This document shows, piece by piece, positions 1-7,897 of a DNA stretch of 64,000 bases. The position numbers were made by a program, and so were the translations under genes. The stretch is from Thermodesulfobacteriota bacterium (lineage in GTDB: Bacteria; Desulfobacterota_D; UBA1144; Nemesobacterales; Nemesobacteraceae): NCBI GenBank assembly GCA_965243595.1, contig OZ251569.1, positions 1,877,907 through 1,941,906 on the forward strand, given 5' to 3'. Position 1 is the first letter of the stretch. Every line of letters begins with the position of its first letter. Under the pieces are notes generated by a model, which worked only from the letters and a program-made list of their open reading frames with translations, was not told the DNA's origin and searched no databases.

Positions 1-2438
1 CACCCTCCGTCTCCCTCCGTACCGCCTCCATCGGAAGGCGACGGAGCGCTATCGGCTCCGCCGTCAGCCGCTCCGGCGTCGTTCGTTATCGGTATATTCC
101 CGTCTTTAACTCCGACGCCTCCCTGCGCACTCCTAAGGGACTCTCCGGACGAGACTGTCACGGTCACCCCGACTGCGCCGCTTGGAATCTCCTCGGCAAG
201 CGTGAGCGTGACGGTGTTGCCCGAAACGCTGAGACCGCTGACCTTTATGTTCTGGTATCTTCCCTCGGATACCCGATACCGAACTGCGAACGCGCCTGCG
301 GAAGGCTTCGATTCCTCGTCGAGGGCAACGCTGTAAGCAAGCACTATCATGTTCCTCGCGGCCGCGCTCACAGAAGCGCTCTCAATCCGCGGAACCATCG
401 GAGGACTGTCGACCGTCATCCCAGTCCTGGGTCCTATGTCCCCTTCCCCGCGGACTATGGGCTCCGAAAGCTCCCCGTCCGTGTTCGTGTTTTTGGAAAC
501 TATCGGAAACAGCCCCAGATAGTTTCCCTCCACGCTCGGCTTCGCGTCGTTTCCAGCGAACGACTCCACCAGGTTGACCGCGTAATTGTCCGCGTTGTTC
601 CCGCTGAACTCGGCAAGCGTCGTTCCCGACCCCCACAGGGTTATCGCATGTTTGACGAAACCTTCCCCGCCGTACCCGAGATCGTTGCCCGTCACGCTCA
701 CTCCCTTCTGGTTTCTTATCTCGATTCTCGAAGTCGGATGACAGTTCCGGTGCCGGACGACATCGAAGGAACCTACCAAGGCATTGTTGATAAAAGTAGG
801 ATTATTATTGCTGGAGTAGCTCGCGACCACGTCCCCCAGCTTGACCGGAGGCCCGTCGGGGGGCATGGGCAGCGCAGGTCCGTCGTCAGGGTTCGGATAC
901 GGGAAATTCGGCACGTAAGACTGCCATATCCTGGGCTGAAGAAGCGCCTCCAGCCGCTCAACGCTCGCGTCGCCCGGAACCGAGGGAGACTGACACCAGC
1001 CCGCTCTTCTTCTGAACTGGCCAAAGATGGTGTAAAAGTACGGATAGCCGTCGTCGGAACCCAGCAGGCGGTTGCCCGTTATCGTTATCTTGACGTCGTC
1101 CGCGTTTCCCCGAATCTGTATCTGGCTTTCCGCAAACGGACTCGCCACGGCTGGAAACGTACCGGACGCGCTTCGTATCAGGTTGTTTCCGATGGTTATT
1201 CTTCCTCCTTCCGGAGTGCCTGCGACCCAGACCGGCACGTGGGTCGTTCCCTCAATGATGTTGTCCAGAATCTCGCCCTTTCTCACCGAGTGGAAACCTA
1301 TGGCGTACTGGGTGAGTTCACTGTAGTTCTGGGGAATTCTGTGCCCGTCCCCGTCGGTAATGAAATTCCCTTCGGAATCCCTGATGAACGAGGAATCGCG
1401 CCCGATCCCTATGTTGCGAAACGTGTTGCCCGTCACGTCCACCTCCACGGAACAGTTGTCGCCTCCGGGAAAGGCCCTGCCGTGCCAACGGTTCTCCGGC
1501 TCGGCCCGCAACGACATCACGGCGACTTCCTGCGTTCTCTCGAACGTGTTGCGGACGATCTCGATGCCCGTGAGATTCTCAGAGTCGGGACACGAGTCCG
1601 CCGAGCCGTAATACCTGGGATTTATCAGGACGTGACCGAGACGGTCGCCGAGCCAATCCTGACCCACAAAGTAAACGTCCCACTTGCCGTTGTCCGAATC
1701 CCACCTGGTCGCCCTGCCGCTGTTGTCCACGGGAAAGCCGTCCTCGTTCGAAACCACCGTGTTGGGATTGTAGACCCGATATCCGGAGGACGGGTTGCGA
1801 TTTTCAAAAAAGTGGTGGAAGACCCCGTCTATATGCTTTTCGAGCTCCGACCGGGTGAGCTGCCCCGTATACCCGCTGTAGTCGTGGTCCTTGTCCGGCC
1901 TGTCGGCGGGCTCGCTCAACGCCTTTCTCGAGAGAAGAAAGCCGGGAATGGTGACGTCGCGGAAGTAAAGCTCGATCGGACCGTTAAGGGTACCCGAGAA
2001 GGGAGTTTGTATAGCCGACGACTCCCCGTCCGCGAGAACCGTGACCTTGCCGATCTCCAGGTCCCTGAACGTCAGACCTTCAACCCTGACGTCCCTGCTT
2101 CTTATCTGGATGAGAAGCTCGCCCGTTATCACCGCGTCTCCGTCCATGAACGGGTCCTTGCGAAGCGTAAGCGGACGCCGGAGGATGAGTTCCCCTATGT
2201 CGTCGTAAGTCCCCGGGGCAAACTCAATAGCATCCTCGTCTCCGACATATGTGGCCGCATCCTCTATGATCGCCTGCAGAGACTTCGGCTTGGAAGACTG
2301 CGGCGTATCCTCCGGCAGACCGTCTATGCTCGACTGAACGTTGGCCGGACTCACCTTGATCACCGCCGCCCGGGCAACTCCCGACACAAGCAGGAAGAAA
2401 ACCGCCGCACTCAGAAAACATCCCGTTCTCACACTCAT
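1..2438 (-). CDS. Secreted parallel beta-helix repeat surface protein, paralog A (C-terminal end lies beyond the window edge)
   Basis: The minus frame is open from ATG 2438..2436 towards the window edge. It was stop-checked by hand only for positions 1-120; the rest is inferred by alignment to copy B. It is absent from the ORF track because it has no stop in the window, and none of the listed minus ORFs here share its frame. The nucleotide sequence aligns with 4641-7054 and encodes the same signal peptide, MSVRTGCFLSAAVFFLLVSGVARA. Confidence 0.8.
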   Translation of the reverse strand, partial: MSVRTGCFLSAAVFFLLVSGVARAAVIKVSPANVQSSIDGLPEDTPQSSKPKSLQAIIEDAATYVGDEDAIEFAPGTYDDIGELILRRPLTLRKDPFMDGDAVITGELLIQIRSRDVRVEGLTFRDLEIGKVTVLADGESSAIQTPFSGTLNGPIELYFRDVTIPGFLLSRKALSEPADRPDKDHDYSGYTGQLTRSELEKHIDGVFHHFFENRNPSSGYRVYNPNTVVSNEDGFPVDNSGRATRWDSDNGKWDVYFVGQDWLGDRLGHVLINPRYYGSADSCPDSENLTGIEIVRNTFERTQEVAVMSLRAEPENRWHGRAFPGGDNCSVEVDVTGNTFRNIGIGRDSSFIRDSEGNFITDGDGHRIPQNYSELTQYAIGFHSVRKGEILDNIIEGTTHVPVWVAGTPEGGRITIGNNLIRSASGTFPAVASPFAESQIQIRGNADDVKITITGNRLLGSDDGYPYFYTIFGQFRRRAGWCQSPSVPGDASVERLEALLQPRIWQSYVPNFPYPNPDDGPALPMPPDGPPVKLGDVVASYSSNNNPTFINNALVGSFDVVRHRNCHPTSRIEIRNQKGVSVTGNDLGYGGEGFVKHAITLWGSGTTLAEFSGNNADNYAVNLVESFAGNDAKPSVEGNYLGLFPIVSKNTNTDGELSEPIVRGEGDIGPRTGMTVDSPPMVPRIESASVSAAARNMIVLAYSVALDEESKPSAGAFAVRYRVSEGRYQNIKVSGLSVSGNTVTLTLAEEIPSGAVGVTVTVSSGESLRSAQGGVGVKDGNIPITNDAGAADGGADSAPSPSDGGGTEGDGG

Positions 2439-2474
2439 GACTGACCCCCATTCCAGTAGAAGATTTAACCGGTC

Positions 2475-2504
2475 ATTTTACCCCCCCCCCTTGTGATTTG
2501 TCAA
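2475..2504 (-). promoter_or_regulatory. Sigma70-type promoter of paralog A: TTGACA-N18-TAAAAT with G10 in the spacer
   Basis: On the minus strand, -35 TTGACA is at 2504..2499 and -10 TAAAAT at 2480..2475. The spacer is aatcacaa plus ten G (C10 on the plus strand at 2481-2490). The start codon lies 36 nt downstream of the -10. Confidence 0.6.
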
Positions 2505-2535
2505 GAGCTGTTTACGGAATTTGTGAGTAGTTTTT

Positions 2536-4136
2536 CAATTGAGTCTGTCGGACTTTGCTAACGGACGAGGCAGATTAGCCTGATTGGAGCTGTTTGACAT
2601 CGAGAACCAGTCGTTTTGTTCAAGACGGCGTGATACCTTGGCAGTATATTGTCCGTTTTTGCGTGTGCGTTGCCGTCGATTCTCCCGTTTTTGCCTCCTC
2701 CCTCTCTAATTCGTCCTCAATGTGAACATCTTCTTCAGGTTGTAGCCTATACATACCAGACTCCACTCCCTGCTCACAGCCTTAATCCCTCGCATAAAAA
2801 ACCGGCCAAACCCCAGCACGTGTTTTATCACTCCGAACATCGGTTCCACAGTGCTTTTGCGCCTGGCGTATAACGCCTTGCCTTCCTCCGTCTCCAGAAG
2901 CTCCTTCATCTCATCCACTGCCGTCTTGTTCTTCGCTACGGCTTTGGGCGGCTTTGCCGACTTGTGACCTCTCCTCTCGTTGCGTATGGAAATCACCGGC
3001 CTGACCCCGTGCTCTGTGCAAGCCTCCACGTTCTTTTTGCTGTAGTAACCCGCGTCGGCCAAAAGATTGTCCGCCTCCCCCACCAGCCGCTCCGCCTCTG
3101 CCAGCTGCTCAAGGGCAGGCTCCATCTCCCGCTTGTCGTTGCCGTTGTGCGTCACGTGCCTGCCCACTATCATCCGGCTCTCGGTGTCCACCATCGCCTG
3201 AACGTTGTAACTCTGCTCGTATCCTCCAGTGCTCACCGACATGATCCGTGACTGCTCATCCGTAAGATTAACCCTGTCCTTCTCCGTCGGCCCGGGCTGA
3301 GGCTCCCTGGGTTTGGGGCCTGGTATCTTGCGCCCGTCGCGTCGTTCCTTGGCCCTGCGCTCTTCCATCTTCTCCTCATACTGCTTTCTCTCTCGTTCGT
3401 ATCTGTGCTCCGCTCTGCGCTCAAGCTCCCGCTTCGCGTCGCTCAAAGCCTCAAGACGCTCACTGCGACTGTTTAACTCCTCGGGAATGTCTATTCCGTC
3501 GGGACTCTCGCTGTTGTCCGCCTCCTGTGCCTTACGCATAAGCTCCCTTATCTCCCTGCGTATGCGCTTGTCCACCTTGCGTATCTGTTTCCAGCTCAAG
3601 TTCTTGCGCCTCGACGCGTTGGCCTTTATCTTCGTGCCGTCCACACTCACCGTCCCCATCTTGAGAATCCCCATCGCGTGAGCCATCACGAGAATCTGCC
3701 CGAACAACCCCTCAAGCTGCTCCAAAAACCTCTTGCGGAAACTGTTTATGCTGTCGTGGTCGGGATGGTTGTTGGCGCAGATATACCTGTACGCAAGACT
3801 GTCGTATGTAGCCTGCTCAAGCTTGCGGCTGGAAAACGTCCCCGTGGCATATCCGTAAAACAGCAAGGCCACCATCATGGACGGGTGATACGCCCTGGAG
3901 CCCCTGCCCGAATACGCCTCCGTCAAATCGCTCAGGTCCAGTTGCGCCACTATCTCCACTACGAAACGGGCCAGATGCCCTTCGGGCACGTAATCATCCA
4001 CCCTCGCGGGCAACATGCTTGGCGTGGACCGATCAAACGTAACGAATTCAGGCATGGTTCTCTCTCCTGTAGTTCTTGTGATTCTCTTATTTTACCTCGA
4101 TTGAACATAGACGCTAAAGTCCGACAGACTCAATTG
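2536..4136 (-). mobile_element. IS1182-family insertion sequence, apparently intact (1601 bp)
   Basis: Perfect 21-bp terminal inverted repeats: caattgagtctgtcggacttt at 2536-2556 is the reverse complement of 4116-4136. They bracket a single DDE transposase ORF. Confidence 0.8.
2706..4055 (-). CDS. IS1182-family DDE transposase
   Basis: 449 aa. The N-terminal region (YSGRGSRAYHPSMMVALLFYGYATGTFSSRKLE...DHDSINSFRKRF) and the C-terminal DDE region (NVQAMVD..., LLADAGYYS, YARRKSTVEPMFGVIKHVLGF) are typical of IS1182/IS5-like transposases. Confidence 0.85.
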   Translation of the reverse strand: MPEFVTFDRSTPSMLPARVDDYVPEGHLARFVVEIVAQLDLSDLTEAYSGRGSRAYHPSMMVALLFYGYATGTFSSRKLEQATYDSLAYRYICANNHPDHDSINSFRKRFLEQLEGLFGQILVMAHAMGILKMGTVSVDGTKIKANASRRKNLSWKQIRKVDKRIRREIRELMRKAQEADNSESPDGIDIPEELNSRSERLEALSDAKRELERRAEHRYERERKQYEEKMEERRAKERRDGRKIPGPKPREPQPGPTEKDRVNLTDEQSRIMSVSTGGYEQSYNVQAMVDTESRMIVGRHVTHNGNDKREMEPALEQLAEAERLVGEADNLLADAGYYSKKNVEACTEHGVRPVISIRNERRGHKSAKPPKAVAKNKTAVDEMKELLETEEGKALYARRKSTVEPMFGVIKHVLGFGRFFMRGIKAVSREWSLVCIGYNLKKMFTLRTN

Positions 4137-4480
4137 GCCGCTTTTTGAGTGAATCAATTGGCCGGTTCTGGCTCTTGCGGTGATAGATTCTTTCTTTTGA
4201 GGGAGAAGCAGTGACCCGCAGAGAGTACATAATACAGGAGAATCGGATGGAGAAGTTCGAGGAAATATGAAGAAGCTTTCACGTCGAACAAACGCGGACG
4301 CGGAACATTCAACAACATGCGTTGCGGACGGGAGTCTGCAAACGAACGCATGTTCTCCCGGCTCATCGGCGTTCACCCGCCGCGCGGTCAAACGCAACGG
4401 CCCCCGTGCTTGTCGTCCCGAAACAGGAGTTGCGGAAAACGATCTCGCAGCACAACCGTCTCCCGCGACCCTTGTTTAAA

Positions 4481-7054
4481 TTACAGGCAAGGAAAAAACG
4501 CGTTTCTCTCCTTTGAAACCGGCTTGTAAATCAGACGGCGGCCTTTCTTCTTTCTCCCGATGACGAACCCAAACGGAAGCATTACGAGCAGAAGCGTTAT
4601 GAAGCTGTTTCCTCCGCTCCCCGAAAAAGCCAGGGAACATCCCCCCTCTCCGCTAGTGCCTGCGCCTGGATCCTGCGTGCCCGGGTCGTCGGTCGTCGGG
4701 TCCGACCCTGCGACGTCCGTTACGGGTTGTTCCTGGGCACTCGCCGCGACGCCGCCCTGCTTGCTCCTTAAAGCGGCGGCTCCGTCGGGAACCGCGTAGA
4801 TCACGGTCAGGCCGCTAGTGCCGCCTGGAATCTCTCTGGGAAGCGTGAGCGTTACGGTGCTGCCCGAAACGCTGAGACCGCTGGCCTTTATATTATCGTA
4901 CCTCCCCCCGGATGCCTGATACCGGACCGTGAACGCCGAGGCTGGGGGAGGGGATTCCTCGTCAAGCGCCGCGGCGTACGTAACCACGACCATGTTCCTC
5001 GACTCGCTCACCGAGGCGCTCTCAATCCGCGGAACCATCGGAGGACTGTCGACCGTCATCCCCGCCCTAGGTCCTACGTCCCCCTCCCCGCGGACTATGG
5101 GCTCAGAAAGCTCCCCGTCCGTGTTCGTGCTTTTGGAAACTATCGGAAACAGCCCCAGATAGTTTCCCTTCACGCTCGGCTTCGCGTCGTTTTTGGCGAA
5201 CGACTCTACCAGATTGACCGCGTAATTGTCCGCGTTGTTCCCGCTGAACTCGGCAAGCGTCGTTCCCGACCCCCTCAGGTTTATCGCATGTTTGACGAAA
5301 CCTTCCCCGCCGTACCCGAGATCGTTGCCCGTCACGCTCACTCCCTTCTGGTCTCTTATCTCGATTCTCGAAGTCGGATTACAGTCCCGGTGCCGGACGA
5401 CATCGTAATTACCTACCAAGGCATTGTTGATAAAAATAGGAGTACTGCCGGAGTAGCTCTCGACCACGTTCCCCAGCTTGACCGGAGGCCCGTCGGGAGG
5501 CATGGGCAGCGCAGGTCCGTCGTCAGGGTTCGGATACGGGAAGTTCGGCACGTAAGACTGCCATATCCTGGGCTGAAGAAGCGTCTCCAGTCGCTCGATG
5601 CTCGCGTCGCCCGGAACCGAGGGAGACTGACACCAGCCCGTTCTTCTTTTGAACTGGGAAAAACGAGTGAAAAAGTATGGATAGCCTTCATCGGAACCCA
5701 GCAGGCGGTTGCCCGTTATTATTATCTTGACGTCGTCCGCGGTTCCCCGAACCTGTATCTGGCTCTCAAACTTACTCGCCACGGCCGGAAACGTACCGGA
5801 CGCGCTCCGTATCAGGTTGTTTCCGACCGTTATTCTTCCTCCTTCCGGAGTGTCTCTGATCCAGATCGGCGCGTGGGTCGTTCCCTCTATGGTGTTGTCC
5901 AGAATGTTGCCCTTCCTCACCGAGTGGAAACCTATGCCGTACCTGTTGAGTTCTCCGTAATTCTGAGGAATTCTGTGCCCGTCCCCGTCGGTAATGAAAT
6001 TCCCTTCGGAATCCCTGATGAACGAGGAATCGCGCCCGACCCCTATGTTGCGAAACGTGTTGCCCGTCACGTCCATCTCCACGGAACAGTTGTCGCCTCC
6101 GGGAAAGGCCATCGGGTCGGCCAACAACGACATCACGGCGGTTTCCTGAGTTTTCTCAAACGTGTTGCGGACGATCTCGATGCCTGTGAGATTTTCAGAG
6201 TCGGGACACGAGTCCGCCGAGCCGTAATACCTGGGATTTATCAGGACGTGACCGAGCCTGCCACCGAGAGCATCCTGGCTCACATAGTAAACGTCCCACT
6301 TGCCGTTGCCCGAATCCCACCTGGTCGCCCTGCCGCTGTTGTCCACGGGAAAGCCGTCCTCGTTCGAAACCACCGTGTTGGGATTGTGGACCAGATACCC
6401 GGAGGACGGACTGCGATTTTCAAACCAGTCGGAGTAGACCCCGTCTATATGCGCTCCGAGCGCCGATTCGGTGAGCTGCCCCGTATATTCGCTGTAGTCG
6501 TGGTCCTTGTCCGGCCTGTCGGCGGGCTCGCTCAACGCCTTTCTCGAGAGAAGAAAGCCGGGGATGGTGACGTCGCGGAAATAAAGCTCAATCGGACCGG
6601 TAAGGGTACCCGAGAAGGGACGCTCCCTAGCCGACGACTCTCCGTCCGCGAGAACCGTGACCTTGCCGATCTCCAGGTCCCTGAACGTCAGACCTTCGAC
6701 CCTGACATCCCTGCTTCTTATCTGAATCAGAAGCTCGCCGGTTATCACCGCGTCCCCGTCCATGAACGGGTCCTTGCGAAGCGTAAGCGGACGCCGGAGG
6801 ATGAGTTCCCCGATGTCGTCGTACGTTCCCGGAGCGAACTCAATAGCATCCTCCTCTCCAACGTACGTGGCGGAATCCTCTATGATCGCCTGCAGAGACC
6901 TGGGTTTCGAAGACTCCGGCGTATCATCTGGCAGACCGTCTATGCTCGACTGAACGTTGGCCGGGCTTACCTTGATCACCGCCGCCCGGGCAACTCCCGA
7001 TACAAGCAGGAAGAAAACCGCCGCACTCAGAAAACATCCCGTTCTCACACTCAT
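4481..7054 (-). CDS. Secreted parallel beta-helix repeat surface protein, paralog B, with SwmB-like Ig module and C-terminal Cys-containing membrane-anchor/sorting-like tail
   Basis: 857 aa with a signal peptide. Recurrent beta-helix rungs are visible (IEIVRNTFEK, VDVTGNTFRNIG, GNILDNTIEG, ITVGNNLIRS, IIITGNRLLG, VSVTGNDLGYGG). It also has a ...VSGSTVTLTLPREIP... module and the tail GGCSLAFSGSGGNSFITLLLVMLPFGFVIGRKKKGRR. Confidence 0.85.
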   Translation of the reverse strand: MSVRTGCFLSAAVFFLLVSGVARAAVIKVSPANVQSSIDGLPDDTPESSKPRSLQAIIEDSATYVGEEDAIEFAPGTYDDIGELILRRPLTLRKDPFMDGDAVITGELLIQIRSRDVRVEGLTFRDLEIGKVTVLADGESSARERPFSGTLTGPIELYFRDVTIPGFLLSRKALSEPADRPDKDHDYSEYTGQLTESALGAHIDGVYSDWFENRSPSSGYLVHNPNTVVSNEDGFPVDNSGRATRWDSGNGKWDVYYVSQDALGGRLGHVLINPRYYGSADSCPDSENLTGIEIVRNTFEKTQETAVMSLLADPMAFPGGDNCSVEMDVTGNTFRNIGVGRDSSFIRDSEGNFITDGDGHRIPQNYGELNRYGIGFHSVRKGNILDNTIEGTTHAPIWIRDTPEGGRITVGNNLIRSASGTFPAVASKFESQIQVRGTADDVKIIITGNRLLGSDEGYPYFFTRFSQFKRRTGWCQSPSVPGDASIERLETLLQPRIWQSYVPNFPYPNPDDGPALPMPPDGPPVKLGNVVESYSGSTPIFINNALVGNYDVVRHRDCNPTSRIEIRDQKGVSVTGNDLGYGGEGFVKHAINLRGSGTTLAEFSGNNADNYAVNLVESFAKNDAKPSVKGNYLGLFPIVSKSTNTDGELSEPIVRGEGDVGPRAGMTVDSPPMVPRIESASVSESRNMVVVTYAAALDEESPPPASAFTVRYQASGGRYDNIKASGLSVSGSTVTLTLPREIPGGTSGLTVIYAVPDGAAALRSKQGGVAASAQEQPVTDVAGSDPTTDDPGTQDPGAGTSGEGGCSLAFSGSGGNSFITLLLVMLPFGFVIGRKKKGRRLIYKPVSKERNAFFPCL

Positions 7055-7124
7055 GCCTTATCCCCTCCTCGACAGAAAAATTAAATAGAGATTTTACCCC
7101 CCCCTTAATGATGTGTCAAGAGCT
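4641..7124 (-). repeat. Tandem duplication unit B (gene plus promoter core); partner is 1-2509
   Basis: See unit A. The copy offset is 4640 at the 3' anchor, 4634 at position 1471 and 4616 at the start codons, so the copies differ by in-frame indels. Confidence 0.85.
7091..7119 (-). promoter_or_regulatory. Sigma70-type promoter of paralog B: TTGACA-N17-TAAAAT with G8 in the spacer
   Basis: On the minus strand, -35 TTGACA is at 7119..7114 and -10 TAAAAT at 7096..7091. The spacer is catcattaa plus eight G (C8 on the plus strand at 7097-7104). The SD GAGGAGGGG precedes ATG 7054. Confidence 0.6.
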
Positions 7125-7149
7125 TTGTGTGGAAAGTCCGAACATCCAG

Positions 7150-7179
7150 TTGACAGGGAAACCATTTGCCAAATACTAT
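7150..7179 (+). promoter_or_regulatory. Candidate bamD promoter TTGACA-N18-TACTAT, only 8 nt from the ATG
   Basis: TTGACA at 7150-7155, TACTAT at 7174-7179, ATG at 7188. It is divergent from the paralog B promoter. Confidence 0.45.
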
Positions 7180-7187
7180 ATGAAGTC

Positions 7188-7868
7188 ATGAAAATCCCCG
7201 CGAAAACCGTTCTGGCTCTCCTCGCCGCGCTTCTTTTCGTCTCCTGCGGCGGCAAGAAGGCGATCTACGAGGGAACCGCCGAGCAGCTTCACGACGAAGC
7301 GATCCGGGAACTCGACAAGAAAGGCCGCTTCATATTCGGCGGAACCAACTACGACAAGGTGTTCGAGATACTCAAGGAAATACAGATCAGGTACACCTAC
7401 ACTCCCTACGCCGCCCTGGCTGAACTGAGAACCGGCGACGTCTATTTCAGGAAAAGAGAGTACTCCCAGGCCGCGACCGAGTACGAAAACTTCATAAACA
7501 ACCACCCGGGCCACGAGAATCTGGACTACGCGACGTACCGGCTGGGACTCTCTTTCTACGAAACGAGGGCCGGCAAGGACAGGAACTACTCAAAGACCCT
7601 GCAGGCGATGAACTGGTTCGCTTCGCTTCGGGAGAACTACCCCGACTCTCCGTACGCGGAGGAAACGCTGGAGAAGACAAGGGAATGCAGGAAGATACTG
7701 GCGGAGAGGGAAATCTACATAGGCAAGTTCTACCACAAGAAGAAGAACTACAGGGCCGCGGTCGAAAGGTTCGAGAACGTTCTGGAAAACTATCCCGAGA
7801 CCAGGTACGCGCCCAAGGCCGCCGAACTTCTGGAAAAATCCCGAAAGAAGCTGTCTGAGAAGTCCTAG
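7188..7868 (+). CDS. bamD: Outer membrane protein assembly factor BamD (YfiO-like TPR lipoprotein)
   Basis: The lipoprotein signal peptide MKIPAKTVLALLAALLFVSC starts at ATG 7188. TPR-like repeats follow (ELRTGDVYFRKREYSQAATEYENFINNHP, IGKFYHKKKNYRAAVERFENVLENYP). The track's upstream extension from 7113 would bury the signal peptide. Confidence 0.8.
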   Translation: MKIPAKTVLALLAALLFVSCGGKKAIYEGTAEQLHDEAIRELDKKGRFIFGGTNYDKVFEILKEIQIRYTYTPYAALAELRTGDVYFRKREYSQAATEYENFINNHPGHENLDYATYRLGLSFYETRAGKDRNYSKTLQAMNWFASLRENYPDSPYAEETLEKTRECRKILAEREIYIGKFYHKKKNYRAAVERFENVLENYPETRYAPKAAELLEKSRKKLSEKS

Positions 7869-7897
7869 CGGCGGGACATCCTAATTCGAAGGACCGG

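Larger units (their letters stand above)
1..2509 (-). repeat. Tandem duplication unit A (gene plus promoter core); partner is 4641-7124
   Basis: 381-422 is identical to 5021-5062, and 641-710 nearly identical to 5281-5350. The promoter core tgtcaagagct at 2499-2509 equals 7114-7124. Similarity is lost immediately beyond that point. Confidence 0.85.

Noticed and set aside
648-2444. A 598-aa plus-strand ORF, with an almost identical twin at 5288-7084, both antisense to the beta-helix genes.
   Set aside because: The composition is Arg/Pro/Gly/Val-rich with no motifs. The minus-strand products have a signal peptide, beta-helix repeats and an anchor. The antisense frame stays open because TTA/CTA/TCA codons are rare in the sense frame of a GC-rich gene. 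The twin is conserved simply because the sense genes are paralogs.
4267-4479. A 70-aa plus-strand ORF (MKKLSRRTNADAEHSTT...) and the overlapping ORFs 4092-4397, 4154-4366, 4317-4529 and 4322-4516.
   Set aside because: The ORFs are mutually overlapping, with no SD for most, odd composition and no recognisable domain. The region is treated as non-coding or decayed and is reported only as a low-interest observation.
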